Source of the DNA: Macrostomum hystrix
Taxonomy: Eukaryota; Animalia; Platyhelminthes
Direction of reading: 5' to 3'
DNA length: 64,000 nucleotides
Assembly: GCA_950097015.1 (NCBI GenBank)
Contig: CATNEN010000032.1
Span: 1 to 64,000 of the forward strand
Shown in pieces: positions 1-11,561 of the stretch (its first letter is position 1; every line of letters begins with the position of its first letter). Under the pieces are notes generated by a model. It was not told the origin of the DNA, made no database searches, and saw only the letters and a list, made by a program, of their open reading frames with translations. The translations under genes were made by a program, and so were the position numbers.

Positions 1-3000
1 TGCACATCTCCCTGAGGTCAGTTCTATTAAGTGAAATCAAAAAGTCAGAGACTTTTCGGTTAATGATCGGCATGGCCATACGGGTCTGCCTATAGTCGGT
101 GCAGCTACTCCAGTGGAGCTGGTGTTGCTGATTTAGCCACCTGTCAACAGTGCGGTTGATGAGGGATTTAGGTACCGGTACCCTGATCGGGCGGTGGTTG
201 TTGTCCGGGTTGCTGCCATCCTTGGCGAGTTTGTCCGCGAGTTCGTTGCCAAGGATGTTGCTGTGGCCTGGGATCCAGATTAGGCTGATCCTGTTAAGGA
301 CCGCGAGTGACTGCAGGTCTCGGTGGCAGTCAGAGACCGTCCGAGTGGAGAGTTTGACGGCAGACAGAGCCTTGAGGGCGGCTTGACTGTCAGAATAGAT
401 GCAGATGTTGAATCTGCTGACGTTGGCATTGAGGAGGTGTTTGGCGCATTGGTTAATGGCGTAGATTTCGGCTTGGAAGACCGACGTGTTCTCACCAAGG
501 TGAAGGCTCTCCTGAAGGAGCGCCTTACCCTCATGGAAGATGGCAATGCCTGCTCCGGCTAGGCCGTTGCTCAGCGAGCCATCGGTAAAGCAGTGGATAC
601 CCTGGCTGCGCTGGTTTACGCCGACGTCCAGCTGAGTGCTACCACGGTCAGGGATGACGGCGCTAAAACCCCTCCTGAGGATGAGGGAGGGAGGCTGGCT
701 ATCCACATCGTTGGGGTCGATGTGGATGTGTGCAAGGTCACGGCGGACATAGTCCAGATGCGGAATGAGAGATTTGTCAGGAATAAATCCGGTTGGCGTA
801 TTCTTAATGGATTTATCGCAGATAAGCCGGTAGGCGCACTTCATAGCCTCCGCCCTAATAAACAAATAGAGCGGAGGCATGTTTAAGATAGTATTAAGGC
901 CCTCGTATGGGGTGGAGGGGTACGCACCTGCAATGGCACGGCAGATGCTGCCCTGCAGCTGGTAGAGTCGGTCGCGGGCGGTTTTCTGTTCCAGTACGCT
1001 GGACCAGATGAGGCTCGCATACGTAATACTCGGTCTAATGATACCGGTGTAGATCCAGCGGACCGTTCTCGGGGTGAGGCCCCAGGTCGGTCCAATGGCC
1101 CTACGAACTTGGGCGAAGCAGCGTTTTGCTCGTCCGATGATGTTTCCAAGGTGTTTTGTCCAGCGCAGATCGTGCGTGAGCGTTACACCTAGGTACTTGG
1201 TTTCCTTTTCGAAAGGGATGTTCCTACCATACATGGTGAGGTTTTGCATGTCCCACTTACGTTTTCGAGTGAAGACAATTGCTACCGTCTTGGTGACGCT
1301 GATTTTGAGGCCATGCTGGGTGGCCCAGTTTCCTGCCTTGTTGGCGAATTGCTGTAGCAGGTTACGCAGGGTGCTGGTGTCTGGCCCGCTGACCACCGCG
1401 GCGACGTCATCGGCATAGCCGGCCCTGGTGACACTGCTAGGTACATCAGCCGTCAGGAGCTCGTCCATGACGAGGTTCCAGAGCAGCGGGGTAAGCACAC
1501 CGCCCTGGGCGCCACCTTTCATCACTGCGCGGGTGCAGGTGATGTTCATGAGCGTGGAGGTAACGGATCTGTTGCGGATCATGAAGTCGATCCAGCGAGT
1601 TATGCTGGGTCTGACGCCTCTGTCTGAAAGGGTATCTCTGAAGGAGCCAAAGTTGACGTTGTCAAAGGCCCCTTCGATATCAACAAACAGCCCGAGAGCG
1701 AGTTGCTTGCTAAGGATGGCTTTCTCAATAGCAGAAGTAATAACATGGAGCGCGTGCTCGGTAGTTTTACCAGGTTGGAAAGCGAACTGGTACTTACTAA
1801 TGGGGGCTGACCGCAGGTCGCAGTCTCGGAGCCTCCATAGAATGAGCCTTTCCATCAGCTTGACGCAGAAGGAGGTGAGGCTAATGGGGCGGAAAGATTT
1901 CACGTTGGTATAGTCGCCCTTCGCAGGTTTGGGGATGAAGACAACCCTGGAGGTTCTCCAGGTGGTAGGTATGTAGCCTGTAACAAAACAGTCAATGATC
2001 AATTTTGAGAGAGCTTCAGAGAAACTCTGAAGTTTAAGCGCCTCCTGTAGGATACAGGGGCTGATCTTGTCCGGGCCTGGGGCCTTAAAAGGCTTGAAGG
2101 AGTCAGCCGCTAGCCTCAGCAGGCTCGGCGAGGCGCATTGCTGAAAGAGGTCGCGATCCTGTGGTCTGTGGTCGTTCACCACATTTTCGGGGTTTTCAAC
2201 CTGTGGAAAACAGGTAGAGAATAACAGATTTAAGGATTCTTCTGCGGTGCTGGTGTAGTTACCGTCCAGATGCAGGAGAGAGTTGCACTGAGCGAGGTTG
2301 TCGTGCCTGAGTGACCTGATCAGCCGTGCCGTAGGGTGCTGACCCTCCAGGCTGGCACAGTAGGCCTTCCAGGTGTTCTTCTTCGCCCGTTGGATGCTGC
2401 TTTTGTAGATCCTTAGGGCAGAGTGGTAGTTCTCCCAGTCCACCGGGGTGTTGCTGCTGTGCGCAAGGCGTTGCAGCCGGCGCGAGGTCTTTTTCAAGCG
2501 GGTGAGCTCGGGGTTCCACCAGGGCGAATATTTCTTCCTGTGCTTTACCTTGGGGGCGTTTTCACGAATGGCGGTATGTAACAGGTTAGTGAGAGTATTG
2601 CAGCGGTTTTCGATGCTGGGCAGATCAGTTCCCTGCAGGGCCTCGGTTGCCTCGGCCAGGAGGTTGCTTAGGTCTCTGCGGAACCCGGGCCAATCAGCCT
2701 TCTTCAGGTTGGGGCGGTCGGCGCAGGGCAGGCGGGATCCTTCGGCGGAGATTCGGTACTGAATGTACGAGTGATCCGAGAGCGAGGGTATGTCGTCCCT
2801 GACCATCCAGTTCTGGACATGGTTCAGGGCGTTACTAGAGGCCAAGGTTAGGTCTATAACATCACGTCTGTTAGAAATAACAAAGGTGGGCTTTCTGCCT
2901 CTGTTGCAGATATGCATGGTAGAGGCGTTAATGAAATCAATGAGCAGGTCACCTCTCCTGTTTGTGTCACTGCTGGACCATGCAGTGTTGTGGGCATTGG

Positions 3001-3499
3001 CATCACAGCTAATGATGAGCTTCCTGTTCTCCAGGTTGCAGAAGTCAGCCAGCTCTTGCAAGCGTGGTGGCGGGACCTCCTCCTGGATGTCTAGGTAGGC
3101 AGACGCCAGAATTACGTCGAAAGCAGCGAAGGTACATATGTCCTTAGAGCAGTACATGGGCATCATGGTGACTGGTATGTCACTTTTCACGAGGGCAATA
3201 GCCCTAGGAGTTTCATCGGTACAATAATAAAGGGTTTGGTACCCGTTTGGCAAACAGGCCGGCTTGCCTCTGCGGGTATATGGTTCCTGAATGAGGTAGA
3301 TATCAACGTCTTTTCCATCGAAGACGCCGGTTAGATTATTTGAGGCTGCAGTTGCATGATGCAGGTTGATCTGGACAATGTGCAGATTTAGCGCGTTACC
3401 AGTAAGCGAAGAAAGTGTATTACTGGTAGTATTGCGTGTTGAAAGATCATCACTGGGCTGGCCCGTGGGACCCGCCCTCAGACGATCACGCCTCATCAT
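1..3499 (-). CDS. LINE ORF2 (pol): APE endonuclease - reverse transcriptase - RNase H; 3'-partial
   Basis: Hand translation from ATG 3499: MMRRDR...HIVQINLHHATAAS...IQEPY...CDANAH...SDH (APE); KAPGPD, FRPISL, DIEGAFD, GAQGGVLTPLLWN, YADD, KYLGV (RT); FTDGS, VFQAEIYAI, SDSQAAL, WIPGHSNILGNELADKLAK (RNase H). I saw no stop. The frame is still open at position 1, which explains its absence from the ORF track. Confidence 0.92.
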   Translation of the reverse strand, partial: MMRRDRLRAGPTGQPSDDLSTRNTTSNTLSSLTGNALNLHIVQINLHHATAASNNLTGVFDGKDVDIYLIQEPYTRRGKPACLPNGYQTLYYCTDETPRAIALVKSDIPVTMMPMYCSKDICTFAAFDVILASAYLDIQEEVPPPRLQELADFCNLENRKLIISCDANAHNTAWSSSDTNRRGDLLIDFINASTMHICNRGRKPTFVISNRRDVIDLTLASSNALNHVQNWMVRDDIPSLSDHSYIQYRISAEGSRLPCADRPNLKKADWPGFRRDLSNLLAEATEALQGTDLPSIENRCNTLTNLLHTAIRENAPKVKHRKKYSPWWNPELTRLKKTSRRLQRLAHSSNTPVDWENYHSALRIYKSSIQRAKKNTWKAYCASLEGQHPTARLIRSLRHDNLAQCNSLLHLDGNYTSTAEESLNLLFSTCFPQVENPENVVNDHRPQDRDLFQQCASPSLLRLAADSFKPFKAPGPDKISPCILQEALKLQSFSEALSKLIIDCFVTGYIPTTWRTSRVVFIPKPAKGDYTNVKSFRPISLTSFCVKLMERLILWRLRDCDLRSAPISKYQFAFQPGKTTEHALHVITSAIEKAILSKQLALGLFVDIEGAFDNVNFGSFRDTLSDRGVRPSITRWIDFMIRNRSVTSTLMNITCTRAVMKGGAQGGVLTPLLWNLVMDELLTADVPSSVTRAGYADDVAAVVSGPDTSTLRNLLQQFANKAGNWATQHGLKISVTKTVAIVFTRKRKWDMQNLTMYGRNIPFEKETKYLGVTLTHDLRWTKHLGNIIGRAKRCFAQVRRAIGPTWGLTPRTVRWIYTGIIRPSITYASLIWSSVLEQKTARDRLYQLQGSICRAIAGAYPSTPYEGLNTILNMPPLYLFIRAEAMKCAYRLICDKSIKNTPTGFIPDKSLIPHLDYVRRDLAHIHIDPNDVDSQPPSLILRRGFSAVIPDRGSTQLDVGVNQRSQGIHCFTDGSLSNGLAGAGIAIFHEGKALLQESLHLGENTSVFQAEIYAINQCAKHLLNANVSRFNICIYSDSQAALKALSAVKLSTRTVSDCHRDLQSLAVLNRISLIWIPGHSNILGNELADKLAKDGSNPDNNHRPIRVPVPKSLINRTVDRWLNQQHQLHWSSCTDYRQTRMAMPIINRKVSDFLISLNRTDLREMC

Positions 3500-3529
3500 G
3501 TTTCAGATGGCATGATGCTGAGAACATGC

Positions 3530-4465
3530 TTACGCATCGTTCTCTGAGCCATCCGAGCTCTCGGATTCCCCTCGGCGTCGCTCGCCGCCGGTGTGCCTGC
3601 GCCTGGACAGGATGTGGAAAACGACCTTCCACGCTCCCATGTAGACGGCGAACTCGCTCCTCTGCAGGGCGGCCTCCCATTCGGCAGACAGTCCCATGTA
3701 GAGCGTCTTGCCGGCTGCATCCTTGGCGGGGACCTCCTTGAAGGCCCGGATTCCGTCCTGCGGTAGGTCGGGGTGTTTGCTGAGGAGTCGCGCACGGATC
3801 TCCTCGATAGTTCTCGGGCCCGAGTAGAAGGCTCGGTAACGCTTGCACGGTGGCGGGGGGCGGGCTCGCTCAACGACGATCTTGGGAAGGGCCAAGTCGT
3901 CGAGGTCCCACTCGATACACTGGAGGCAGGCGAGCGCCTTCTCCAGGTAAGCCTCGTCCTTAAAGGTGAGGATGATATTGCCGTTGGCGTAGCGAATCGA
4001 CTCGATCTGAATGTCGAGTGTGTCATTGTCCCAGAGGAAGCTGTCGATCTTGTTGGTGGCAGCTGTCGTCTGGGTCTCGCTCAGCGTTCCGCTTTCGGCG
4101 CGGATGCAGATTTTAAACTTCGGCTCGGCCGCAACCTTGGCGTACGAGCCGGTGGTCTCTTTGCCCTTTGTTCTTTTCGGGTCAAGGGGGGTGGCGGTGC
4201 GGTCATCCGGCTGCTGCCTCTTCCGCTCCGAGTTTTTCACGTTGGGCCTATTCGGCCGTCGGTGGGTGACGAGGCGGTAGTCTTCGACGGTGGGCTCACC
4301 CCGTAGGGGGGTGGAGTTGAGTGCTCCGGGTTGGAGCTGAGAGTTTACCGCGGCGTTCGCGGCAGTTGGGTTTTCCTCCGGGTTGGAGGGTTGGGGGATA
4401 GACGGACCCCCGTCCGCGGGAATTGACGGCTCCCGAGCCGAGTCAGGATTTGTTGTAGTACTCAT
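3530..4465 (-). CDS. LINE ORF1 (gag-like), about 311 aa
   Basis: First ATG of track ORF 3530..4783 is at 4465 (MSTTTNPDS...). Stop at 3530, 31 nt before the ORF2 ATG. The C-terminal half ([13 protein letters not shown]...[32 protein letters not shown]) resembles, by eye, the DUF4780-type region of LOA ORF1 proteins. Confidence 0.75.
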   Translation of the reverse strand: MSTTTNPDSAREPSIPADGGPSIPQPSNPEENPTAANAAVNSQLQPGALNSTPLRGEPTVEDYRLVTHRRPNRPNVKNSERKRQQPDDRTATPLDPKRTKGKETTGSYAKVAAEPKFKICIRAESGTLSETQTTAATNKIDSFLWDNDTLDIQIESIRYANGNIILTFKDEAYLEKALACLQCIEWDLDDLALPKIVVERARPPPPCKRYRAFYSGPRTIEEIRARLLSKHPDLPQDGIRAFKEVPAKDAAGKTLYMGLSAEWEAALQRSEFAVYMGAWKVVFHILSRRRHTGGERRRGESESSDGSENDA

Positions 4466-4990
4466 GCAGTGCTGGAAAGGTGAGGCGAAAAATATAGAAA
4501 AATGGGTGGGTAACCGGTCGGGGGCTAGATAAACCCCTAGCCAGCTTCCGAGGAAGCTACCCTCCGCCGCGGTAAACAGCATTGGGCTTTGGGTTGCCGT
4601 CTTTCGGTAGGGATTGCTCCCTTGCGAGGCTCGGGCGGCCCCCAGTCCACACTCTGCAAAATCAGGGGCGGGGGCTGGTGGCAGGTTTGGGATAACGGTG
4701 CCAGGTCGGGTTGACAGCCGGCACCGCTCACCCTCCCCTACTGGGCCAGCGCTCGTGAACCCGTGTGGTACCAGTTGCAACACAGGCTGTCGATGGGCGA
4801 CTGACGCTTAGTCAGCAGTCAGACGCTTAGCAGCCACCTACCCTGCAAAAAAACAGCAGGGGGGAAACCGTCCGTCACCAGCAAAAGCGAAAGGGAAGAA
4901 GGGGGAAACCCTTCTTCGCGAAAAAAAAAACGAAAGCGAAAAGCTGGTAACCGTCACAGATTCCCTCGGTTTAGGTTGCCTTTGCCCCCC

Positions 4991-7900
4991 TGGTTAAGCC
5001 ATGATTCAGACTCTGGTTTAGCCATGATTCAAACTCTGCTTTAGCCATGATTCTGACGCTGGTTTAGCCATGATTCAGACTCTGGTTTAGCCATGATTCA
5101 AACTCTAGTTTAGCCATGATTCAAACTCTGGTGTAGCCATTATTCAAACTCTGGTTTAGCCATTATTCAAACTCTAGTTTAGCCATGCTGATGATGATGG
5201 TTTAGCCATGATTCAAACTCTAGTTTAGCCATGCTGATGATGATGGTTTAGCCATGATTTAGTCTCTGGTTTAGCCATGATTCAAACTCTGGTTTAGCCA
5301 TGATTCAGACGCTGGTTTAGCCATGATTCAAACTCTGGTGTTGCCAATATTCAAACTCTGGTTTAGCCATGATTCAAACTCTGGTTTAGCCATGATTCAG
5401 ACGCTGGTTTAGCCATGATTCAGACGCTGGTTTAGCCATGATTCAAACTCTGGTTTAGCCATGGTTCAAACTCTGGTTTAGCCATGATTCAGACTCTAGT
5501 TTAGCCATGATTCAGACTCTGGTTTAGCCATGATTCAGACTCTAGTTTAGCCATGATTCAGACTCTGGTTTAGCCATGATTCAGACTCTGGTTTAGCCAT
5601 GATTCAGACTCTATTTTAGCAATGATTCAGACTATGGTTTAGCCATGATTCAGACTCTAGGTTAGCCATGATTCAAACGTTGGTTTAGCCATGATTCAGA
5701 CTCTGGTTTAGCCATGACTCAAACTCTGGTTTAGCCATGATTCAAACTCTGGTTTAGCCATGATTCAAACTCTGGTTTAGCCATGATTCAAACTCTGGTT
5801 TAGCCATGATTCAAACTCTGGTTAAGCCATGATTCAAACTCTGGTTTAGCCATGATTCAGACTCTGGTTTAGCCAAGATTCAAACTCTAGTTTAGCCATG
5901 ATTCAAGATCTGGTTTAGCCATGATTCAAACTCTGGTTTAGCCATGATTCAAACTCTGGTTTAGCCATGATTCAAACTCTGGTTAAGCCATGATTCAGAC
6001 TCTGGTTTAGCCATGATTCAAACTCTGCTTTAGCCATGATTCAAACTCTGCTTTAGCCATGATTCTGACGCTGGTTTAGCCATGATTCAGACTCTGGTTT
6101 AGCCATGATTCAAACTCTAGTTTAGCCATGATTCAAACTCTGGTGTAGCCATTATTCAAACTCTGGTTTAGCCATTATTCAAACTCTAGTTTAGCCATGC
6201 TGATGATGATGGTTTAGCCATGATTCAAACTCTAGTTTAGCCATGCTGATGATGATGGTTTAGCCATGATTTAGTCTCTGGTTTAGCCATGATTCAAACT
6301 CTGGTTTAGCCATGATTCAGACGCTGGTTTAGCCATGATTCAAACTCTGGTGTTGCCAATATTCAAACTCTGGTTTAGCCATGATTCAAACTCTGGTTTA
6401 GCCATGATTCAGACGCTGGTTTAGCCATGATTCAGACGCTGGTTTAGCCATGATTCAAACTCTGGTTTAGCCATGGTTCAAACTCTGGTTTAGCCATGAT
6501 TCAGACTCTAGTTTAGCCATGATTCAGACTCTGGTTTAGCCATGATTCAGACTCTGGTTTAGCCATGATTCAGACTCTGGTTTAGCCATGATTCAGACTC
6601 TATTTTAGCAATGATTCAGACTATGGTTTAGCCATGATTCAGACTCTAGGTTAGCCATGATTCAAACGTTGGTTTAGCCATGATTCAGACTCTGGTTTAG
6701 TCATGACTCAAACTCTGGTTTAGCCATGATTCAAACTCTAGTTTAGCCATGCTGATGATGATGGTTTAGCCATGATTCAAACTCTAGTTTAGCCATGCTG
6801 ATGATGATGGTTTAGCCATGATTTAGTCTCTGGTTTAGCCATGATTCAAACTCTGGTTTAGCCATGATTCAGACGCTGGTTTAGCCATGATTCAAACTCT
6901 GGTGTTGCCAATATTTAAACTCTGGTTTAGCCATGATTCAAACTCTGGTTTAGCCATGATTCAGACGCTGGTTTAGCCATGATTCAGACGCTGGTTTAGC
7001 CATGATTCAAACTCTGGTTTAGCCATGGTTCAAACTCTGGTTTAGCCATGATTCAGACTCTAGTTTAGCCATGATTCAGACTCTGGTTTAGCCATGATTC
7101 AGACTCTAGTTTAGCCATGATTCAGACTCTGGTTTAGCCATGATTCAGACTCTGGTTTAGCCATGATTCAGACTCTATTTTAGCAATGATTCAGACTATG
7201 GTTTAGCCATGATTCAGACTCTAGGTTAGCCATGATTCAAACGTTGGTTTAGCCATGATTCAGACTCTGGTTTAGCCATGACTCAAACTCTGGTTTAGCC
7301 ATGATTCAAGATCTGGTTTAGCCATGATTCAAACTCTGGTTTAGCCATGATTCAAACTCTGGTTTAGCCATGATTCAAACTCTGGTTAAGCCATGATTCA
7401 GACTCTGGTTTAGCCATGATTCAAACTCTGCTTTAGCCATGATTCTGACGCTGGTTTAGCCATGATTCAGACTCTGGTTTAGCCATGATTCAAACTCTAG
7501 TTTAGCCATGATTCAAACTCTGGTGTAGCCATTATTCAAACTCTGGTTTAGCCATTATTCAAACTCTAGTTTAGCCATGCTGATGATGATGGTTTAGCCA
7601 TGATTCAAACTCTAGTTTAGCCATGCTGATGTTGATGGTTTAGCCATGATTTAGTCTCTGGTTTAGCCATGATTCAAACTCTGGTTTAGCCATGATTCAG
7701 ACGCTGGTTTAGCCATGATTCAAACTCTGGTGTTGCCAATATTCAAACTCTGGTTTAGCCATGATTCAAACTCTGGTTTAGCCATGATTCAGACGCTGGT
7801 TTAGCCATGATTCAGACGCTGGTTTAGCCATGATTCAAACTCTGGTTTAGCCATGATTCAGACTCTAGTTTAGCCATGACTCAAACTCTGGTTTAGCCAT

Positions 7901-10870
7901 GATTCAAACTCTGGTTTAGCCATGATTCAAACTCTGGTTTAGCCATGATTCAAACTCTGGTTTAGCCATGATTCAAACTCTGGTTAAGCCATGATTCAAA
8001 CTCTGGTTTAGCCATGATTCAGACTCTGGTTTAGCCAAGATTCAAACTCTAGTTTAGCCATGATTCAAGATCTGGTTTAGCCATGATTCAAACTCTGGTT
8101 TAGCCATGATTCAAACTCTGGTTTAGCCATGATTCAAACTCTGGTTAAGCCATGATTCAGACTCTGGTTTAGCCATGATTCAAACTCTGCTTTAGCCATG
8201 ATTCAAACTCTGCTTTAGCCATGATTCTGACGCTGGTTTAGCCATGATTCAGACTCTGGTTTAGCCATGATTCAAACTCTAGTTTAGCCTTGATTCAAAC
8301 TCTGGTGTAGCCATTATTCAAACTCTGGTTTAGCCATTATTCAAACTCTAGTTTAGCCATGCTGATGATGATGGTTTAGCCATGATTCAAACTCTAGTTT
8401 AGCCATGCTGATGATGATGGTTTAGCCATGATTTAGTCTCTGGTTTAGCCATGATTCAAACTCTGGTTTAGCCATGATTCAGACGCTGGTTTAGCCATGA
8501 TTCAAACTCTGGTGTTGCCAATATTCAAACTCTGGTTTAGCCATGATTCAAACTCTGGTTTAGCCATGATTCAGACGCTGGTTTAGCCATGATTCAGACG
8601 CTGGTTTAGCCATGATTCAAACTCTGGTTTAGCCATGGTTCAAACTCTGGTTTAGCCATGATTCAGACTCTGGTTTAGCCATGATTCAGACTCTGGTTTA
8701 GCCATGATTCAGACTCTGGTTTAGCCATGATTCAGACTCTGGTTTAGCCATGATTCAGACTCTATTTTAGCAATGATTCAGACTATGGTTTAGCCATGAT
8801 TCAGACTCTAGGTTAGCCATGATTCAAACGTTGGTTTAGCCATGATTCAGACTCTGGTTTAGTCATGACTCAAACTCTGGTTTAGCCATGATTCAAACTC
8901 TAGTTTAGCCATGCTGATGATGATGGTTTAGCCATGATTCAAACTCTAGTTTAGCCATGCTGATGATGATGGTTTAGCCATGATTTAGTCTCTGGTTTAG
9001 CCATGATTCAAACTCTGGTTTAGCCATGATTCAGACGCTGGTTTAGCCATGATTCAAACTCTGGTGTTGCCAAAATTCAAACTCTGGTTTAGCCATGATT
9101 CAAACTCTGGTTTAGCCATGATTCAGACGCTGGTTTAGCCATGATTCAGACGCTGGTTTAGCCATGATTCAAACTCTGGTTTAGCCATGGTTCAAACTCT
9201 GGTTTAGCCATGATTCAGACTCTAGTTTAGCCATGATTCAGACTCTGGTTTAGCCATGATTCAGACTCTAGTTTAGCCATGATTCAGACTCTGGTTTAGC
9301 CATGATTCAGACTCTGGTTTAGCCATGATTCAGACTCTATTTTAGCAATGATTCAGACTATGGTTTAGCCATGATTCAGACTCTAGGTTAGCCATGATTC
9401 AAACGTTGGTTTAGCCATGATTCAGACTCTGGTTTAGCCATGACTCAAACTCTGGTTTAGCCATGATTCAAGATCTGGTTTAGCCATGATTCAAACTCTG
9501 GTTTAGCCATGATTCAAACTCTGGTTTAGCCATGATTCAAACTCTGGTTAAGCCATGATTCAGACTCTGGTTTAGCCATGATTCAAACTCTGCTTTAGCC
9601 ATGATTCTGACGCTGGTTTAGCCATGATTCAGACTCTGGTTTAGCCATGATTCAAACTCTAGTTTAGCCATGATTCAAACTCTGGTGTAGCCATTATTCA
9701 AACTCTAGTTTAGCCATTATTCAAACTCTAGTTTAGCCATGCTGATGATGATGGTTTAGCCATGATTCAAACTCTAGTTTAGCCATGCTGATGTTGATGG
9801 TTTAGCCATGATTTAGTCTCTGGTTTAGCCATGATTCAAACTCTGGTTTAGCCATGATTCAGACGCTGGTTTAGCCATGATTCAAACTCTGGTGTTGCCA
9901 ATATTCAAACTCTGGTTTAGCCATGATTCAAACTCTGGTTTAGCCATGATTCAGACGCTGGTTTAGCCATGATTCAGACGCTGGTTTAGCCATGATTCAA
10001 ACTCTGGTTTAGCCATGGTTCAAACTCTGGTTTAGCCATGATTCAGACTCTGGTTTAGCCATGATTCAGACTCTAGTTTAGCCATGATTCAGACTCTGGT
10101 TTAGCCATGATTCAGACTCTGGTTTAGCCATGATTCAGACTCTATTTTAGCAATGATTCAGACTATGGTTTAGCCATGATTCAGACTCTAGGTTAGCCAT
10201 GATTCAAACGTTGGTTTAGCCATGATTCAGACTCTGGTTTAGCCATGACTCAAACTCTGGTTTAGCCATGATTCAAACTCTGGTTTAGCCATGATTCAAA
10301 CTCTGGTTTAGCCATGATTCAAACTCTGGTTTAGCCATGATTCAAACTCTGGTTAAGCCATGATTCAGACTCTGGTTTAGCCATGATTCAAACTCTGCTT
10401 TAGCCATGATTCAGACGCTGGTTTAGCCATGATTCAGACTCTGGTTTAGCCATGATTCAAACTCTAGTTTAGCCATGATTCAAGATCTGGTTTAGCCATG
10501 ATTCAAACTCTGGTTTAGCCATGATTCAAACTCTGGTTTAGCCATGATTCAAACTCTGGTTTAGCCATGATTTAAACTCTGGTTTAGCCATGATTCAAAC
10601 TCTGGTTAAGCCATGATTCAGACTCTGGTTTAGCCATGATTCAAACTCTGCTTTAGCCATGATTCAAACTCTGGTTTAGCCATGATTCAGACTCTGGTTT
10701 AGCCATGATTCAAACTCTAGTTTAGCCATGATTCAAGATCTGGTTTAGCCATGATTCAAACTCTGGTTTAGCCATGATTCAAACTCTGGTTTAGCCATGA
10801 TTCAAACTCTGGTTTAGCCATGATTCAAACTCTATTTTTGCAATGATTCAAACTCAGGTGTGCTATGATT
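4991..10870. repeat. 23-bp satellite (TGGTTTAGCCATGATTCARACTC)n with 2162-bp higher-order period
   Basis: Monomer directly visible; marker TGTTGCCAA at 5339, 6351, 6903, 7731, 8513, 9065, 9893. Confidence 0.97.
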
Positions 10871-11468
10871 TATGATATTTTATTTACGTAATGAAAAAAA
10901 TAAATTAAAATAGTCTTCAATCACTACTGGCTGAAAATTAGTCTAAAATGATTTGACACAGTGCAGAATCGAACCCTAGCCTAGCCTATAACCTATTCCT
11001 AGTGCCTACACATCGGCTATTCCGACTGTTGGTTAGTGGGTGCAAAAATCAGCCTTATAAAATGAATTCTCCAAGTTCTGGCTTTGTAAAATGAAGTGAG
11101 AAAATAGAGTACACTCAGTCTCGCGGTTGGTTGTGTACATTTATTTCCAATTTGTCTCCAGAGTGCAGGCTTCTAACTCAGTCAGCGAGGGGGTGTTGCG
11201 CAATTTGACGATGAAATTCCAATTCAGCGGCAGTGAGTAAAATTCTCAATAGGCCAAGATGGTTTGACCTTTGAAAAATCATGTTTTTCGAATATTTAAT
11301 CCCTTTAGCAATAAAGTTAAGCTTAATAAAAATACGTGTATAATTGTCCCCATATTTGGCATCTTTTGGTGAAGAAATGGTGAAAATCGGTTGAGCCGTT
11401 CTGGAGAAAATCAATTACAAGCAAGCAACCAACCAACCAACCAACCATTTCATTTTTAGTATAGTGGA
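4991..11468 (-). mobile_element. Helitron-like unit A (3' part cut off by the LINE)
   Basis: 5' TC at 11468. About 600-bp unique 5' region (10870-11468) is shared with units C and D, then the 23-bp array runs to the LINE junction. Confidence 0.7.
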
Positions 11469-11561
11469 CTAGCAAGTTTTGCACCCCTTCGGGGAGCAGA
11501 AATACTTTTAATTCGTCTAGTATATACTTTTTAGCAGCTGAATTTACAGCTTTTTAAAGCT

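Larger units (their letters stand above)
1..4990 (-). mobile_element. Non-LTR retrotransposon (LINE), LOA-like clade, 5'-complete, 3' end beyond the left window edge
   Basis: Minus strand reads: about 525-nt 5' UTR starting at the satellite junction (4990/4991), ORF1 (4465-3530), then ORF2 (3499 to <1) with APE, RT and RNase H motifs. APE-RT-RNase H plus an ORF1 without CCHC knuckles fits the LOA group. Confidence 0.9.

Noticed and set aside
4466-4783. N-terminal extension of ORF1 in the ORF track
   Set aside because: Starts at a non-ATG codon within the hairpin-rich UTR; the first ATG is at 4465.
150-4811. Plus-strand and off-frame ORFs over the LINE
   Set aside because: Shadows of ORF1/ORF2 with no recognisable motifs.
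4500-4990. HDV-like ribozyme at the LINE 5' end
   Set aside because: GGGGGGC could be P1, but I found no P3-L3-P3'-P1'-GG arrangement; kept only as a generic structured UTR.
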